NCBI RefSeq assembly: GCF_006345805.1
Contig: NC_043001.1
Coordinates: forward strand, 52,948,001-53,012,000
Reading direction: 5' to 3'
Length of the DNA: 64,000 nt
From: Octopus sinensis
Taxonomy: Eukaryota
Of the stretch, positions 28,101 to 42,142 are shown one piece after another. The position numbers and the translations under genes were made by a program. How positions within the stretch are numbered: the first letter of the stretch is position 1; the number at the start of each line of letters is the position of its first letter. The notes under the pieces are model-generated. The model ran no database searches. It saw nothing but the letters and a program-made list of their open reading frames with translations, and was not told the DNA's origin.

Positions 28101-29039
28101 AAATAATATCTATATATAATCTATAGAAATGTTGAACATAGTGGTACATATTAGAGTATTCATTAATACATTATATTTGCTAGTAAACAAAAACGGAGGA
28201 AAAAAGAACCGGTGCTTCACAGACTGACGAAGAGGTAGAGTAGTTGACTGATACATACACATAAATATCACATGAAAATATATCATAAAATTATGGCCCA
28301 TTTTTTTCATGTAGATAAGGATGAAAAATTCACGTTGACATATACTTTTAGACTTTTCAAAGGATTATGTACATTTTCTTCTACTGACTACACAAATACT
28401 ACTATTAGGATGCTACCTCTAATATTTATCGCAGCTATTTCTCCATGTGCTCAGCAGATTAAGCCGCCATGGTGTCTGAATGTTCCTTTAACGTTCGATG
28501 TTTGCAATTAGTAATGAAGAGTTTAAACAACTACTACGTTTATACACCGCTGTAGATTGATGAATAACATCTCATGTTTGCTTTGTATTTATGCAGACAT
28601 GAATATCAGCTCTTTCTTTTATACACGCGTTACAATAAATCGATGTTGGAGTTTTAATTTTCTTGTATAGCTTTTTATCACAGATTCGTATCATTGCCTT
28701 GTTTTGCTGTAAGTAAATTTTCGTTATCCATCGTCTAAAAATTGAATTATATGTTCCAACAGTCAACTCTGATGAAAGGATAAGAGTGGATTTCTGCAAA
28801 AGACGCCTCTCTTCCTTTAGCCAGTATCACATCATGAATATTATGCTGAATTAGAAATGAGGCACCCGAGAAACTAACTCTATACGATCACAATTCTATG
28901 CTGTTTTATGTTAGATGCTACCAAAAAATATCTCAGATTCCTTTTCATAAAACCATGGAAAATATACATAAATATGGCATTACATCATATGCTAAAATAA
29001 ACTAGACATAAGGTGAATGTGTATATGCACATACATATG

Positions 29040-29112
<73 letters not shown>

Positions 29113-30758
29113 AAACAGTCAATAAAAGAAAATAGAGAAGAAAAAGTAAAAATATGCTTGGTTTCTTTTATTTGCATTACAAATGGAAAAGTTATGCAAA
29201 TTAAAAGATGAAAAAAATATACATATAAGAGTATAAAAGGAACCGCTTCAACCAAGAAATAACCCCAAAATATCCCCCCAAAAAGATATTCTACATATAT
29301 TGTTTCGATGTAACAATATTTGAGAATCATCAATAATTATGACTTTAAATGATGTAACAATTTATATATTGTTAGATCTCTTCTTTGCCCTTAGTTAAGA
29401 AATAACTTTTTTGACTTATTTCAGGACAATGTTTAGATATTTTCAAATGTAGATAAATTTACTTTAAAAGATGCATAGTTCTTGTGCTAAGAATTTTATA
29501 GTTTTAAATTTAGCTAATAATGAACGTTAAAATGCTACTTAAACATCAAATCCATACATAGCTATCACACATGCTACGTTATATTTATATTCATATTTAC
29601 ACCTATAAAGGTAACGCGATGGAGGTGGCAAACGGACGGTCGTGACCCTTCGTGACTGGTGCAATATACAAAACAACTACACTACAAGAAAGTGAATAAA
29701 GATTTGATGAACAACATTTGAGCTATTTATGAATTAAATCATTCTGGCCACAATCTGCATCGATTCTAAGAAAATACATTTTGCATTTAACACACAAGGT
29801 GTACAAAACATAATACGACAATAACAAACTAATATCAATACTATGAAATAAAAAACGGTGTTGCAAGACAAATTCCCTATGTCAAAATTTGAGCTACTGG
29901 TGACCTCCATGTATTTTGTATGTATAGGTGTGCGTAAGCATGTCAAAGATGTCACGCCCACACATTGTAACACATTAAAATCGCCAACATTCAGAAATTC
30001 GGGACCACAACACGAACTGCTACCAATGCTAGGGAAGCCAAACATGTGCCACAGGACAAATTCCCCAGGTCAAAACATATACCGCTAGGGGTCTCCTTTT
30101 ATTTCATATCTGTGTGCGTGTAACCATGTAAAAAGCTTCACACTCACACATTGAAACACTAAAAGAACCAAGTCATAAATTCAAGAATACAACACCTAAT
30201 AAGAATTTAAATAAATACAAAAATAAAAATATATAAAAATTTATTAAAATATATTAAAAAATAAAACAATGAAAACAAACGATAACAGCTCCAAAAAGAC
30301 TAACACGTATACAAAGTGTAGATGTAATAAAATATATAGAGATTTGGGCCCCATTCAATGTTAGTCATATTCAGATTCTATTTAACAATGATATAGATAT
30401 TGTAGACTAGTCGTAAGGATTAAAGTAAAAATTAAATTAAATTATTGAAGGCTACAATCACAAGATTAAGAGATCCATGCGTTAAGTTAATATTTATTAT
30501 TATACTTATAATATATTATGTATATTTATTTATATTTTGGTGCTAAATATAGTTTATATAATGATTGTTATTATAAAGTATTGTATTATTATCAAATAGG
30601 TTATATGTGTGTTCTAAATATATCAAATAAAGAGGTTGAGTATAGAATATGTTGCTAAAAGCTAATATGCAAATTATAAAGATTGTAAAAATCATGAAGT
30701 ATTTATGATATAAATGTGTGTGTATGTATATACATATGTGTATATGTGTGTATGTAAG

Positions 30759-30790
<32 letters not shown>

Positions 30791-30793
30791 TTC

Positions 30794-30861
30794 AATTAAT
30801 CAATTAGGGTAGCACTATTCTAGTGGACGAATGGCCTGTCTAGGCCATTCCTAAATTGTTA
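30794..30861 (-). mobile_element. 68-bp mini-derivative joining both termini of the 489-bp array family
   Basis: aattaatcaattagggtagca matches the reverse complement of the array's right end; ttctagtggacgaatggcctgtctaggccattcctaaattgtta matches the reverse complement of its left end. Flanked by (TA)n. Confidence 0.7.
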
Positions 30862-31491
30862 TATATATATATTATATATATATATTACTAAATATTAAGG
30901 TTAGATGGATAATATAGTTATAATTATTTTTATATATTGATCTTAATGGATATTTGTATCATAGGCTGTATCATTAATAGATTTGCAGATATGGTGAAGG
31001 CCATAAGCGGTCATCAGCACATTTCCTCTCTCTCTCTCTCTGTATATATATATATATATATATATCAGTATATCTGCTTATGATATAACCAAGACCAAAC
31101 ACACATATGTTTTTGCATGCATAACTTACTATCGCTCCAATGATATATACTATTAAAAAATCTGTAAATTGAATGCATCATTACACTGTAATGTATTCAT
31201 TCAACAGTGAGATTCAAAAGTTTTGATGATATGTGTTGTGACGCAACCTCAGAACCGATTGTAGTGACGCTCAGCATTTGTATCATAGGCTGTCAATATT
31301 GCAATGTGGTTGGTTCCAATTGCTGAACTGTACAGACCCCAGCACTTATTTTTTAAATGTCTAATACTTATTCTATCGGTCTCTTCTGCCGAACTGCTAG
31401 TTTACGGGGGCTTACTTAATTTATCTACACCGAAATGTCCACTACTTATTCTAAAGGTCTCTTTTGCTGAACTGCTGGTTTACGGGACCAT

Positions 31492-31810
31492 ATTTAATTT
31501 ATTGACCCCGAAACGATAAAGGGAAAAAGTCGACCATGGCGGAATTTGAACTCAGAACGTAGCGGCAGACGAAATGCCTATTTATTTACTACCCACAAGG
31601 GGCTAAACACAGAGGGGACAAACAAGGACAGACATAGGCATTAAGTCGATTACATCGACCCCAGTGTGTAACTGATACTTAATTTATCGACCCCGAAAAG
31701 ATGAAAAGCAAAGTCGACTTCGGCGGAATTTGAACTCACAACGTAACGGCAGACGAAATACCGCTAAGAATTTCGCGCGTCTTGCTAACGTTTCTGCCAG
31801 CTCGCCGCCT
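31492..31810 (-). mobile_element. SINE family B with an internal partial duplication
   Basis: Reverse complement of the 6222-6450 unit plus a repeated gtcgac..cggcggaatttgaactca block. Confidence 0.85.
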
Positions 31811-32250
31811 TATTTTCAGACACTTTTTGAGATGACTAAACATATTTCTCTTTTTACTTTTACACTATGGCTTGTCATATATATCTTCTGCTATCCAAAT
31901 TGTACGTATTTATAATTATATGTTAGATTGTCGTATTCGTATGAAGAGTATTTCACAGATAATAACCTAATTAACTGTTATCTGAGACCAGTATTCTTAC
32001 ATTCACAAAAATATCTTTCAAATCACTTATCACTTGACAATTCTCTAATCTAAAAATATAACAAAATGAGTTCTTTATTCATGTTATCAATGAATTTCGG
32101 GAACATAATTCGCAAATGCTGGAAATGAATTTTCACATTATTCACCGCTTGACTTAAGGATAGGAATGAATAGTTTCGCAAGATATTTTTTCTACTCCTA
32201 AAACAATGAGGTATATAGGTTTGTATACAAAATCCTACACACAGACACAG

Positions 32251-32346
<96 letters not shown>

Positions 32347-32393
32347 ACATATGTATATGTTTGGGTGCCTGTAATTAATTGAGTCAGGTGTGC

Positions 32394-32423
<30 letters not shown>

Positions 32424-32425
<2 letters not shown>

Positions 32426-32572
32426 GACGTGGTACGTGTAAAGTATTAGCAGACGCTCAGGGAAGGGAAGAGAGGCGGTTTAACGATTCGAGCAAAGCTC
32501 TTCTTCAGAAACAGAGAAAAGGGACACGCCGGGAAAACAATCGCCAATGATTCACATGTGGGGTTACATTTT
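32424..32572 (-). mobile_element. Short TA-associated element with a minimal-HHR-like motif (32478-32512)
   Basis: Minus strand gttt-CTGAAGA-a-gagc ttt gctc-GAATC-GTT-aaac; homologous to 35040-35246. Confidence 0.6.
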
Positions 32573-32629
32573 GCAAAGGAATGGGTGAAGAATAAGTTCG
32601 TTCTAAGACAGGAGAATGTAAGAGCAGGA

Positions 32630-33445
32630 GGTATGTGTGTGTATGTGTGGGTATGTGCGTGTGTTCGCGTAATAGTATGTGTGTGTATGTGTGTGTATGT
32701 GTGTATATGTTGTGTGTGTGGTGTTGTGTGGTATTGGCTGATTATATGTGTATGTGTGAGTGAATTTTGTGTCTCTTAATATTGTAGGAAGAATTCAGCA
32801 GTAAGATAACAGGGGCGGTGGGCCTTTGTGCAATTGTGTATCTCTTCACATGTGCGTAGAAGAATCAACAGTAGAAAGCTGTTTGACTGGCAGATTGACG
32901 TATGCGTGTGCGTGTGAATGTTTGCGTATGCATTTATATATATATGTTGGTGTGTGTTGTGTGTAATGTGTGCATGCGTCTGAGTGTGCGCATATGTGTG
33001 TGTACTTTTGTGTATGTGCATGCGTTTATGTGTGTTGGTCGTGTGCGTGCTTATGTGTGCGTGTGTGTATACGTCTATGTATGTTTGTGTGAGTGTACGT
33101 ATGAGTGTGTGGAAGATATGTGTGCGTTCATGTGTGTGTATGTATATATGTGTGCGTATGTATGTGTGTGCATGTGTGTGTATGTGCTTGTGCATAAATG
33201 CGTGTATATGTGCCTGTCTATATGTGTGTGTGCCTATGTATATGTGTGTTCTTGTTCGTGAATGTGCGTGCGTGTGTGTATGTGTGTGCGTGCGTGTATA
33301 TGTATGTAGGTGTATGTATGTGTGTGTACGTGGGGTTGTGTGTGTTAGTTATGAGTTCATTCCTGTTCGTGTGTGCGCGTGCGCATGAGTGTGTGTATGT
33401 GCGTGTGTGTATATGTACATGTATGTATGTATGGGTGCGTGTATA
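32630..33445. repeat. Degenerate (GT)n/(GTAT)n-rich tract
   Basis: Direct inspection; source of the CVCV/HTHT ORFs. Confidence 0.85.
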
Positions 33446-33909
33446 CAGAAATAAAATAAAATATAAGAAAATCAGATCGATAAAAAGGGGCGAAAGGGAG
33501 GGTACAATATGTAAAAATGAAAAAATGAATAAAAATTACCAAAAAGAACAAGCACAAGATAACCAAATTAAAGACTTAAAGTTAAAGGGATAAAATACAA
33601 ATTAAAACAATTATAAAAAAGTAATGCAATTAAAGTGTTGAACATTTCGACAGAAGAAAACGATAAAAAATAGAAAAAAAAGCAGTAAAAAAAGTAAGTG
33701 GGTAGGAGAGAGGATTAAATAAGATAAATTAAAATAAAATAAAGTTGGTTTAAAGGAGGGTGTAGAGACAGTCGTTAGGAGGAGGGGTTTGAATGTGAAG
33801 CCATGTGTTGCGAAGCAAACTTTTCAACCCCACAACTATTCTTGCAGTATATATACATGTATGTATGTATGTATATGTGTGTGTGTATGTATATATATAT
33901 ATATGTATG

Positions 33910-33948
<39 letters not shown>

Positions 33949-34376
33949 ATGTGTGTATGTGTGTGTGTGTGTGTGTGTGTTTGCATGTATGTATGTGTGT
34001 TTGTATGCTTGTATGCATGCATGTATATATGAAGAAAAATGGTTCTGTCAACTGAACAGATATTTGGGCAGGGTAACTCAGAAGGAATAATTAGAAACCC
34101 ACAATTATTCCAAGGAACTAATAACGTTTTCACACCTTCAACTTCGTATAAAACAAACATATCGAAATTTATGTTCTAATAAAGTACCTCATACACTTGC
34201 GTTCAATTTTCTGGTACACTTGAAAGTAATGGCTCTTGGTAAAAATAGTTTTTGGAGCGCTGTACATGATCTTTTGTATAGTGAAGGAAATGAAATGTGA
34301 ACTCAGATTGGCTCACAATTTTCACGTTATTTAATTTGCAAACCAAATTATTTTTAAAACTATATTTTCATATATA

Positions 34377-34426
<50 letters not shown>

Positions 34427-34491
34427 TATATATAATATATATAATATATATATATATATATTTATTTATTTATTTATTATTTATTTATTTA

Positions 34492-34732
34492 TGCGCTCTT
34501 TTCCAACCTAGCCAGGCTCATGGGCCCGATTTCCCGGTTTCTGTGTCGTATGTGTTCCCCGCAGCTGGAAGAAAGAAAGAAAGAAAGTTGGGGCGAAAGA
34601 GTACAACAGGAGTCGCTCCCCCCTGCCAGAGTCTCGTGGACCTTTAGGTGTTTTCGCTCAATAAACACACACAACGCCCGGTCTGGGAATCGAAACAGCG
34701 ATCCGCTGCCCTACCCACTGGGCCATTGCGGG
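34492..34732 (-). mobile_element. tRNA-derived SINE (family C), partly deleted
   Basis: Minus-strand B box gtttcgattccc; shares its tail (gcc.ggctcat.gg.cc) with 56066-56336 and its head with 34776-35030. Confidence 0.7.
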
Positions 34733-34775
34733 TCCATACACACACACACACACCTATATATATATATATATATAT

Positions 34776-35030
34776 CACGTGATCAGGTGACCGACCAGAC
34801 CATCAGATGTTGTTACACATCGCTGGTCACAATGCGTTCGCATTGTTTTAGCATTCGAATGACGCCACCCCGCTGGCTAAGCGAGCAGGCCAACAGAAGA
34901 AAGAGTGGGAGAAAGAGTGGTGAAAGAGTACAGCAGCGATCACCACCCCCTGCCGGAGCGTCGTGGAGCGTTTAGGTGTTTTCGTTCAATAAACAGTCAC
35001 AACGCCCAGTCTGAGAATCGAAACCGCGAT
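34776..35030 (-). mobile_element. SINE with the family C head and a different tail, 5'-truncated
   Basis: Shares gagtac..cagg...ccccctgcc.gag..tcgtgga...tttaggtgttttcg.tcaataaaca with 34492-34732; distinct 3' part ending gatcacgtg. Confidence 0.7.
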
Positions 35031-35039
35031 ATATATATA

Positions 35040-35246
35040 GTTAATCCAAACAAAGAAAGTACAAAAAATAACACAACATCGCGAGGACGTGGAACAAATA
35101 TAGTATTATTGGACGCTCAGGAAAGAAGGAAAGAAACATGGTTTAACGTTTCGAGCGGAGCTCTTCCTCGGAAACATAGGAGAAGGAAAGATCCAGAGAA
35201 GGGAAGACAGAGGAAAAAATCGCCAACGGTACACACGAGGTCACTT
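35040..35246 (-). mobile_element. Short TA-embedded element with a minimal-HHR-like motif (35141-35175)
   Basis: Minus strand gttt-CCGAGGA-a-gagc tcc gctc-GAAAC-GTT-aaac; flanked by (TA)n. Confidence 0.6.
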
Positions 35247-35262
35247 ATATATATATACATTC

Positions 35263-35319
<57 letters not shown>

Positions 35320-35326
35320 CATACAT

Positions 35327-35386
<60 letters not shown>

Positions 35387-35734
35387 TCACACACACACAT
35401 ATATATATATATAAATTTAATCGCTTCATATATTAAGACATGAAATGAAATCGGTGGTTGTCATGTTATGTAAACTGCAGAAGTGCAAGGATGTTCATGA
35501 TGATGATGACGGTAACGTCAGCACCAGTGACTGTGGCAACGATGATTATGATGATAATAATGATGTGAATGATGATGACGACGACGACGACTACGAGGAT
35601 GAAGGTGATCATGCTGTTGATGACGATAACGATAGTGATAACTACAAAGATGTTGATATTGAGAATTCGAGAATGAATTCAGCTGATAGATATTATTACA
35701 ATGAGTCCAGCTGAGGGAAGAGTTACATCAGGTC

Positions 35735-36500
35735 AATCAATCAATCCTAGAAAACAAAAGTTAATCTAACTGCCAAAGGCAACTACGCTCTGATGATATG
35801 TATCTCTCGGCCTACAGGCGCATGCTGAGTGTGTAACTATGCATGTAAGCCACCATCGCTATTTTCTTCCGCTTTGCGGCAGATTCACTACGGAGTAGCT
35901 TCTCTTGATGACGTTCCACTTTTTTCTCCAAATTGAATTTAATATTTGCTGCGAGCTAAACTAAAGATGAATATCTGTGTAATCCTTCCAATATTGTTCA
36001 CAATATCTTTCCCTATCACCGTGATATCACGAATTTACTACGTACTTGAGCGTGTGTTATATTCCTGAACGCATTAACCTCGGCTAAATTGTCTACGCAG
36101 TTAAAACAATTAGATAAGTCCCGCTGCAGACATCGTTCGTATTTGCCTAAGACGTCCCATTGACATTGGCACGCCTATGTGGAATTCGTCCAAAATGTTC
36201 GTAGAACATACTATAAAAGCGTGTTCATTTGCTTCTCACACATTCTGCGCAATATTGATCATTATCGATCATTTGCGCGTTTTTCGTTATCAAGAACAGG
36301 GATAGGTTTGAATTTAGATGCAAAGAGCGTTGTTTCCTATCAAACTCTATGTTTCCCAAAACATTTGAGGTAAACGTTACTGGAACACTGAAAATATCTA
36401 ATAAGAATCGAATAGCTCACGCCAACCATAATCCGGCAAAGACCTAATTTTGGATTTCTCACTAACTCGAGGCGCTTCCAGACAATTAAGATGAGCAGGA
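35735..36500 (-). mobile_element. Very degenerate RTE-like LINE 3' remnant
   Basis: The minus strand gives GRLR./YERCLQRDLSNC, resembling GRP..RYKD.LKRDL..C, and a short (GATT)n tail near 35735-35745. Weak evidence. Confidence 0.35.
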
Positions 36501-39035
36501 TCCGTGTACTGAGGCCTAAGACTCTACATGTATTATGTGACAATAAATCTTTTGTAGTGCAGATACCCCTAGCCTGTCCATTGGCTTCTCACACGAGTAT
36601 TTAAAGCATGAATTGTAGGATGTTTTAGTCTTTATGCCAAGAAATTTTAATGCACGCAAAAAATTATTTTGTTTCCAGAAAAAAGTGATGATCATTCACA
36701 CCACTAACACTTCGGCGGCCTTCACTAAACTAATTGCTTCTGGGCTTACAAACTCCCATCTTATCTATAGATTTCTATTCTATTTTCTAAGTTTTTACAA
36801 CACAAATCGCTCTATTCAGACAATCCTATGCTGGTTATGAAGATTGTCATGTCCACACACTCCACGTAAATAGCACACTTATCGTATTATTCACAAATAG
36901 CTTATATTTATGAAGGTATAAAGATGTTAAAGAATGATAGTACCATCGCAGTGTTATTTTTCCCCGTCCAAACATCTAGATTTTTATGTATTCAATAAGA
37001 ATCTGTTTCATTGATCAACTATAATTTGACTATGCTCTTGAGTTTTATATTGTATTTCAAGAACCATCGACCACTGCCTAACATTTCATAGGATCTAATT
37101 TTTTGTTCATATATATGAAAACTTTTAGAAATGTCATTTTCGCATCATTCAGCTGACAGATGAGGAAATGTTCTCTACTCATTCTAACCAAACAAAGTAA
37201 TATATATTTATAGTGATACCATAATTTCTTCAAGTATTCCATAGCAGACTTTCCTCTAAGCATTTCATGTCTTTTCACACTGCTTTAGCATTTTTCTTCC
37301 AATATACATTGTCTTCTAGATATCGAAATACCAATCTTCTGATATACTCTTATTTCAACGAAAATATGTTGTTCTTACTGCTATCTGAAATTATAAACAT
37401 TTAGCTCTCAATAACTAAATATGATAAAACTTTTCATTGGCAATCATTAAAAAGAATTAGACTTGTTTCCCTCTTCTTGGCTGTTTCTCAATAATCAGTT
37501 CTACTCTATCTGCAAGTTGTAAATTCGCGCGTCTTTCATAAGCTTCACATCAATAGATATATCTTCTTGCATTTCATCATAACCTGACAACAAAGAATAC
37601 ACTCACATGAATATAACCAATCCATATGATAATGCTACTTACCAAATATATGAAATTCGCAGATCAAACTTGCACATCTTACATTAAAGTCACATTTAAT
37701 TGAGATAATACAAGTTGTTGTAAAAACATATAAATACCTCACATACAAAGGTAAAACTATTTCACTGCATCTGCGATAGAACTTAAAGGTGCAAGAACTG
37801 TTAAACTTCACATGATTAATGAAATCCCAAGATATACGACTATTGCCAAAGCTGCATAGCGAAAACTAAATCCCTTCTTTCGAATCAGAAAATACTTTAA
37901 GGAACTCTAACTGGTTGTCTTCTCACAAATATGAGACCACAATTGCACCGCCCATGTAATTTTCAGGCTGATTGATAAATGCACAAAGACCTATGATAAA
38001 ATAGTAAAGAAGCGACTCAGAGGACGACTTTCTTCTTTTCTCACCTTGTGGCATTTTGTTTGTGTGTGCATGTGGTTGTTTGTTTGTACGTGTCTGTTTG
38101 TGTGTCTATGTGTGTGTGTGCGTGAATTCTTTAATCCTTTGAACTACCAGCCTCTGTATCGCAAACTACGAGACACTTGAGTCACGATTTCCAATCCGAA
38201 TTACGAATGTTGTGGTTTTTATTAATCATTTCCTTTCTCTTCGTCATGGCCGGCACGCAGCTCTCTTTTTCCGTCGTTCTCTAAAATATTAATAACCACA
38301 AGAGGTAAAGAAATGACACGGAGAAATTGATAGGAAAATACTGGTGTGAGAAACTACACGGATGATAAAATTTGAATGGAACGTCATATATGAGATTATA
38401 TAACTGTGGGTAAGTCTGAAGAATTTATTTTTGTATCCATAATGTATGCATGGCAACATGAACTGTGAACCTGACAATAGTATATGACATTTAATAAGTG
38501 AATTTTTGCCAGATAGTGGAATCCATATTTCGTATGTTAAGCAACATGTTTTGAATTTTTTTCCTTGTATATAAGAATCAAATTCAAATAAATGCGTACA
38601 TATATATATTATGTAAGCGTGTTTTGGGAATTGACTAAAAGAGTTTAGCAGCATAGTATTGTTTTCTCATGACACCATAGTGCCCTAAATTCTGAGTGAC
38701 ATAGAGGATGTAAGCGTACATATACTGCCTAATAAAAAAAAAGAAAAGTATGAGTGTTCGTCAACAATTGAATGCGTTTCGTAATATCTACTCGAGTAGC
38801 TGTGCATAAACACCTATCTTAGGGGTTAATTGGCGTTAGATGTAGTGAACATGTTAAATTCTTTTATGAGAATTATTGTACAAACCTTAGAAGTATTCCA
38901 TCACAATATAAGTGAAGCAAACTTTTAGCATTGTGTATGTATGTGATATTTATGTGTGTGCGTATGTATATGTGTTTGTCTACGCACAGACACAGACACA
39001 GATACATACACACACATACACACACACATACACAC

Positions 39036-39124
<89 letters not shown>

Positions 39125-40149
39125 AACAGGCATACACATATAGATAGATGAAAGAGAGAGATATACTATAAATCGAGTTACAATTTACAGGCTGTTTACT
39201 CGAAATTCGAATTAAAACACTCAAATGTTATATAATTTATGCAGTGTCAGTTATTAATGTAGTTTTATATGAGTAGACTGTAAACACATTTTTCATTCTT
39301 TCCAATTGTAGACGATACACTGTTTGATAATAAGTGCCCAGTTTTTTTTTCTAAACTCTAAAAATTGTGTGCAGCATCGTGGGTTCATATGTAATGTTAT
39401 TAAAAAAAAATAGGTCATTCCTCCTTAATAAAACAATTCCTATTAATATATTATTCTAAGTAAATCGATATTTTTCATGATTTAGAGATGACATACAGAA
39501 AAATGAAATGAAATTTAAATTCTGAAATGGAAGCTTCATTATTTTTTCCCCGGAATGTTTACAGTCATCTTTCATATGATAACAAAGGAAGATGCAATTT
39601 AATGTGCTTTCTGTTTTTTCTTTTGTTTTGTTTTCTTTGTTTTTTTAATGAATTTGTATAAATCGTTGGAATTTTATTCATATGTAAGCATATCACAAAT
39701 AAGAATTACAGAAAGTCAATATATGTTATACCTGGAATAATTTGCTTATTGTTGGATTCAAACAAAACCTACTGATAACACTAAATTATTACGACGTGTA
39801 TCAAAATCCCAAGATAATTTGTTTAATATTTATTCAACAGCCGATTGCAGTCATGCCTGACAATATTGAGATGTTAATTCGCTGGTTGCGAAGAAGTGAA
39901 ATATTTTTATTATGAATATTAATAGCTATTATTCTGGCGTCGATTGCGAGATAAAAAATATAGTATTAAAACAACAAATACACTGATATTTATATTTGAT
40001 AAAGCAAAATACATGCTGAAAGAATGGTGTTGGATGGGCCATTATTGATAGATGCTCGATGTTAGCTATGATGAACAAATATTTACAAATGAATACATAA
40101 ACATATTTATCGTGCAAACATAAGCTTTACAAAAATTTATATAAAAACA

Positions 40150-40330
40150 AAGGCAGCGAAATGGCAGAATCGCTAGCACACCGCGCAAAAATGGTTTTTT
40201 CTGCAGTTCGTCCCTCTTTATGTTCTGTGTTCACATTCTGCAGAAGTTTACCTTGCCTTTCATCCTTTCGGGGGCGATTAAATAATTTCCGGCTGAGCTG
40301 TAAGGGTCTGTCATCAACTAACCCATTTTC
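40150..40330 (+). mobile_element. SINE family B, diverged
   Basis: ggcagcgaaatggcagaatcgctagcac ... gcctttcatcctttcgggggcgat. Confidence 0.7.
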
Positions 40331-41534
40331 TCGAAATGTCAACATCGAAATTAATATAAACACATAATGTCAAATGATAATTTGTGGTAACATATAAAAT
40401 TTATTGAACTGTAAAATGCATCTGTTCACTAAACCTCTAACATAAGATATTAAGATAACATCTATCGTTACCCATATCTAATGATACATACAATTATATA
40501 AGAGAGAGAGAGAGAGAGAGAGAGAAGGGGGACTGAGCAGGAGTGGAAGATAAAGGAATGAGAAAAGTGATTGAAAATTGATGACTGGAAAAAGCCTAAA
40601 CGTGCATGTCTGTATTTGATGTGGGGCATACAATGTCTTGTAAAACACCCTACAGTGCTCAGATGTTTGACGCTTGGAAGTTTATTGTGTATGGGAAAGA
40701 TTTTGCTTACAATGTTGAAAGTAAAATTAATCAATATTGTTAAAATCATTGTTGTGTTTCTTAAAGGCTAACCAAGTTTAATATTTGTTTCATTAAAACA
40801 GTTGGAATGCATCAGTTATCTTTAAAAAAATTAGAGTCAAACATTACATTGATCTGCGACAGATGTGTTGTAATCGGTTCGTTCAATTACTTAAGTAGAA
40901 TAACATTTCGAACAGCGTTGTTAAGTATATATCCATTAGGATTGAATGTTTTAAAATAATGTATGGAAATAATTCTAACATGCCATCGAGTAACCAGCAA
41001 AGGTGCGTCTGGAGGTTCCTGCAATCTGATAGATATAACAAATGTATGTCTCTGGAATCAATAATACAATCATAGTTAAGAAAAAAGTGACAAATTGAAC
41101 AACGTCTACGAAAATCTGACCGAAAAAGATATGATTGACAACTGTATGAGATCTCTGAAAAGTAGCTGTAATTAATCAGAAATGACATGAAATTAATCCT
41201 CAAATCACACTCGAAAATCTTGTACAACAAAGGATATTTCTAAATAAACTACGCTTGAAACAATCTTTTGAAAGTCTTACCTAGGCGTATGCAGCAGCAA
41301 ATATATTTGAATATACTGATAAGGAGCGGGAATATCATAGGATTACTTGTTAACAATGTTGTACGTTAAGCAACAAGTGTTTCCCAAGGAGAGATAAGAG
41401 AAAAGTAATACCGTTATGCAAATGAAACAGTTGTCACAGTAAAGTCAGAAGGAAGATTACCAATAGTATTAAGTATTATTAAGGTTATAATTGAAAAGAT
41501 TGTTCGAGGTTTAAGTTAACTAATAGGGAAAATT

Positions 41535-41615
41535 CCTTGGCGGAATTCGAACTCAGAACGTAATACCGCTAAACAGTTCGCCCGACGTGCTAACGCTTCT
41601 GCCAGCTCGCCGCCT
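41535..41615 (-). mobile_element. SINE family B head fragment
   Basis: Ends gtgctaacgcttctgccagctcgccgcc. Confidence 0.75.
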
Positions 41616-41680
41616 TTGCAAAGAAACACCATTTCTTTCTATATATAAAGGTGTTAGTCTGTCAGTATGTGGGTTCAGTG

Positions 41681-42012
41681 AAGGCGCATGGCTCAGTAGT
41701 TAGAACGTCGAGCTTACGATCGTGAGGTTGTGAGTTCGAATCACAGACCGGGCTGCGTGTTGGGTTCCTGAGCAAGACACTTTATTTCACGCTGCTCCAG
41801 CGCGCTCAGCTGTAGAAATGAGTTGCGACATCACGGGTGCCAAGCAGTATTGGCCTTTGCATTTCCCTTGGATAACACTGGTGACGTGGAGAGGGGAGGC
41901 CAGTATATATGGGTAACTGCTGGTCTTCCATAAACATCCTTGCTCGGACATGTGCCTGAGAGCGTAACTTTCTAGGTGAAATCCCATGGTCTGTCATGAC
42001 CGAAGGGGGTTT
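41681..42012 (+). mobile_element. tRNA-derived SINE (family D), full length
   Basis: A box tggctcagtagttag, B box gagttcgaatc, CORE-like cctgagcaagacacttta...cagctgtagaaatgag, tail ...gtcatgaccgaaggggg. Confidence 0.8.
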
Positions 42013-42095
42013 CAGCTTGTGGGTTCATCACACTGTTGTTAATTCTCATTACCGATTTCGTTAACAGCTTTTAATATCGCATCTGGTGTATGTAG

Positions 42096-42135
<40 letters not shown>

Positions 42136-42142
<7 letters not shown>

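Noticed and set aside
28762-28810. Isolated CTGATGA motifs (also 8501, ~31000 minus, 35790, 57046, 61195)
   Set aside because: No correctly placed GAAA with supporting stems.
28748-28850. Minus-strand exon-like frame HNIHDVILAKGREASFAEIHSYPFIRVDCWNI* (similar candidates at 15783, 23415, 39731)
   Set aside because: Acceptor-like sites are common in AT-rich DNA; no recognisable homology or consistent exon chain.
35445-35714. Asp-rich 89-aa ORF
   Set aside because: Decayed (GAT)n microsatellite.
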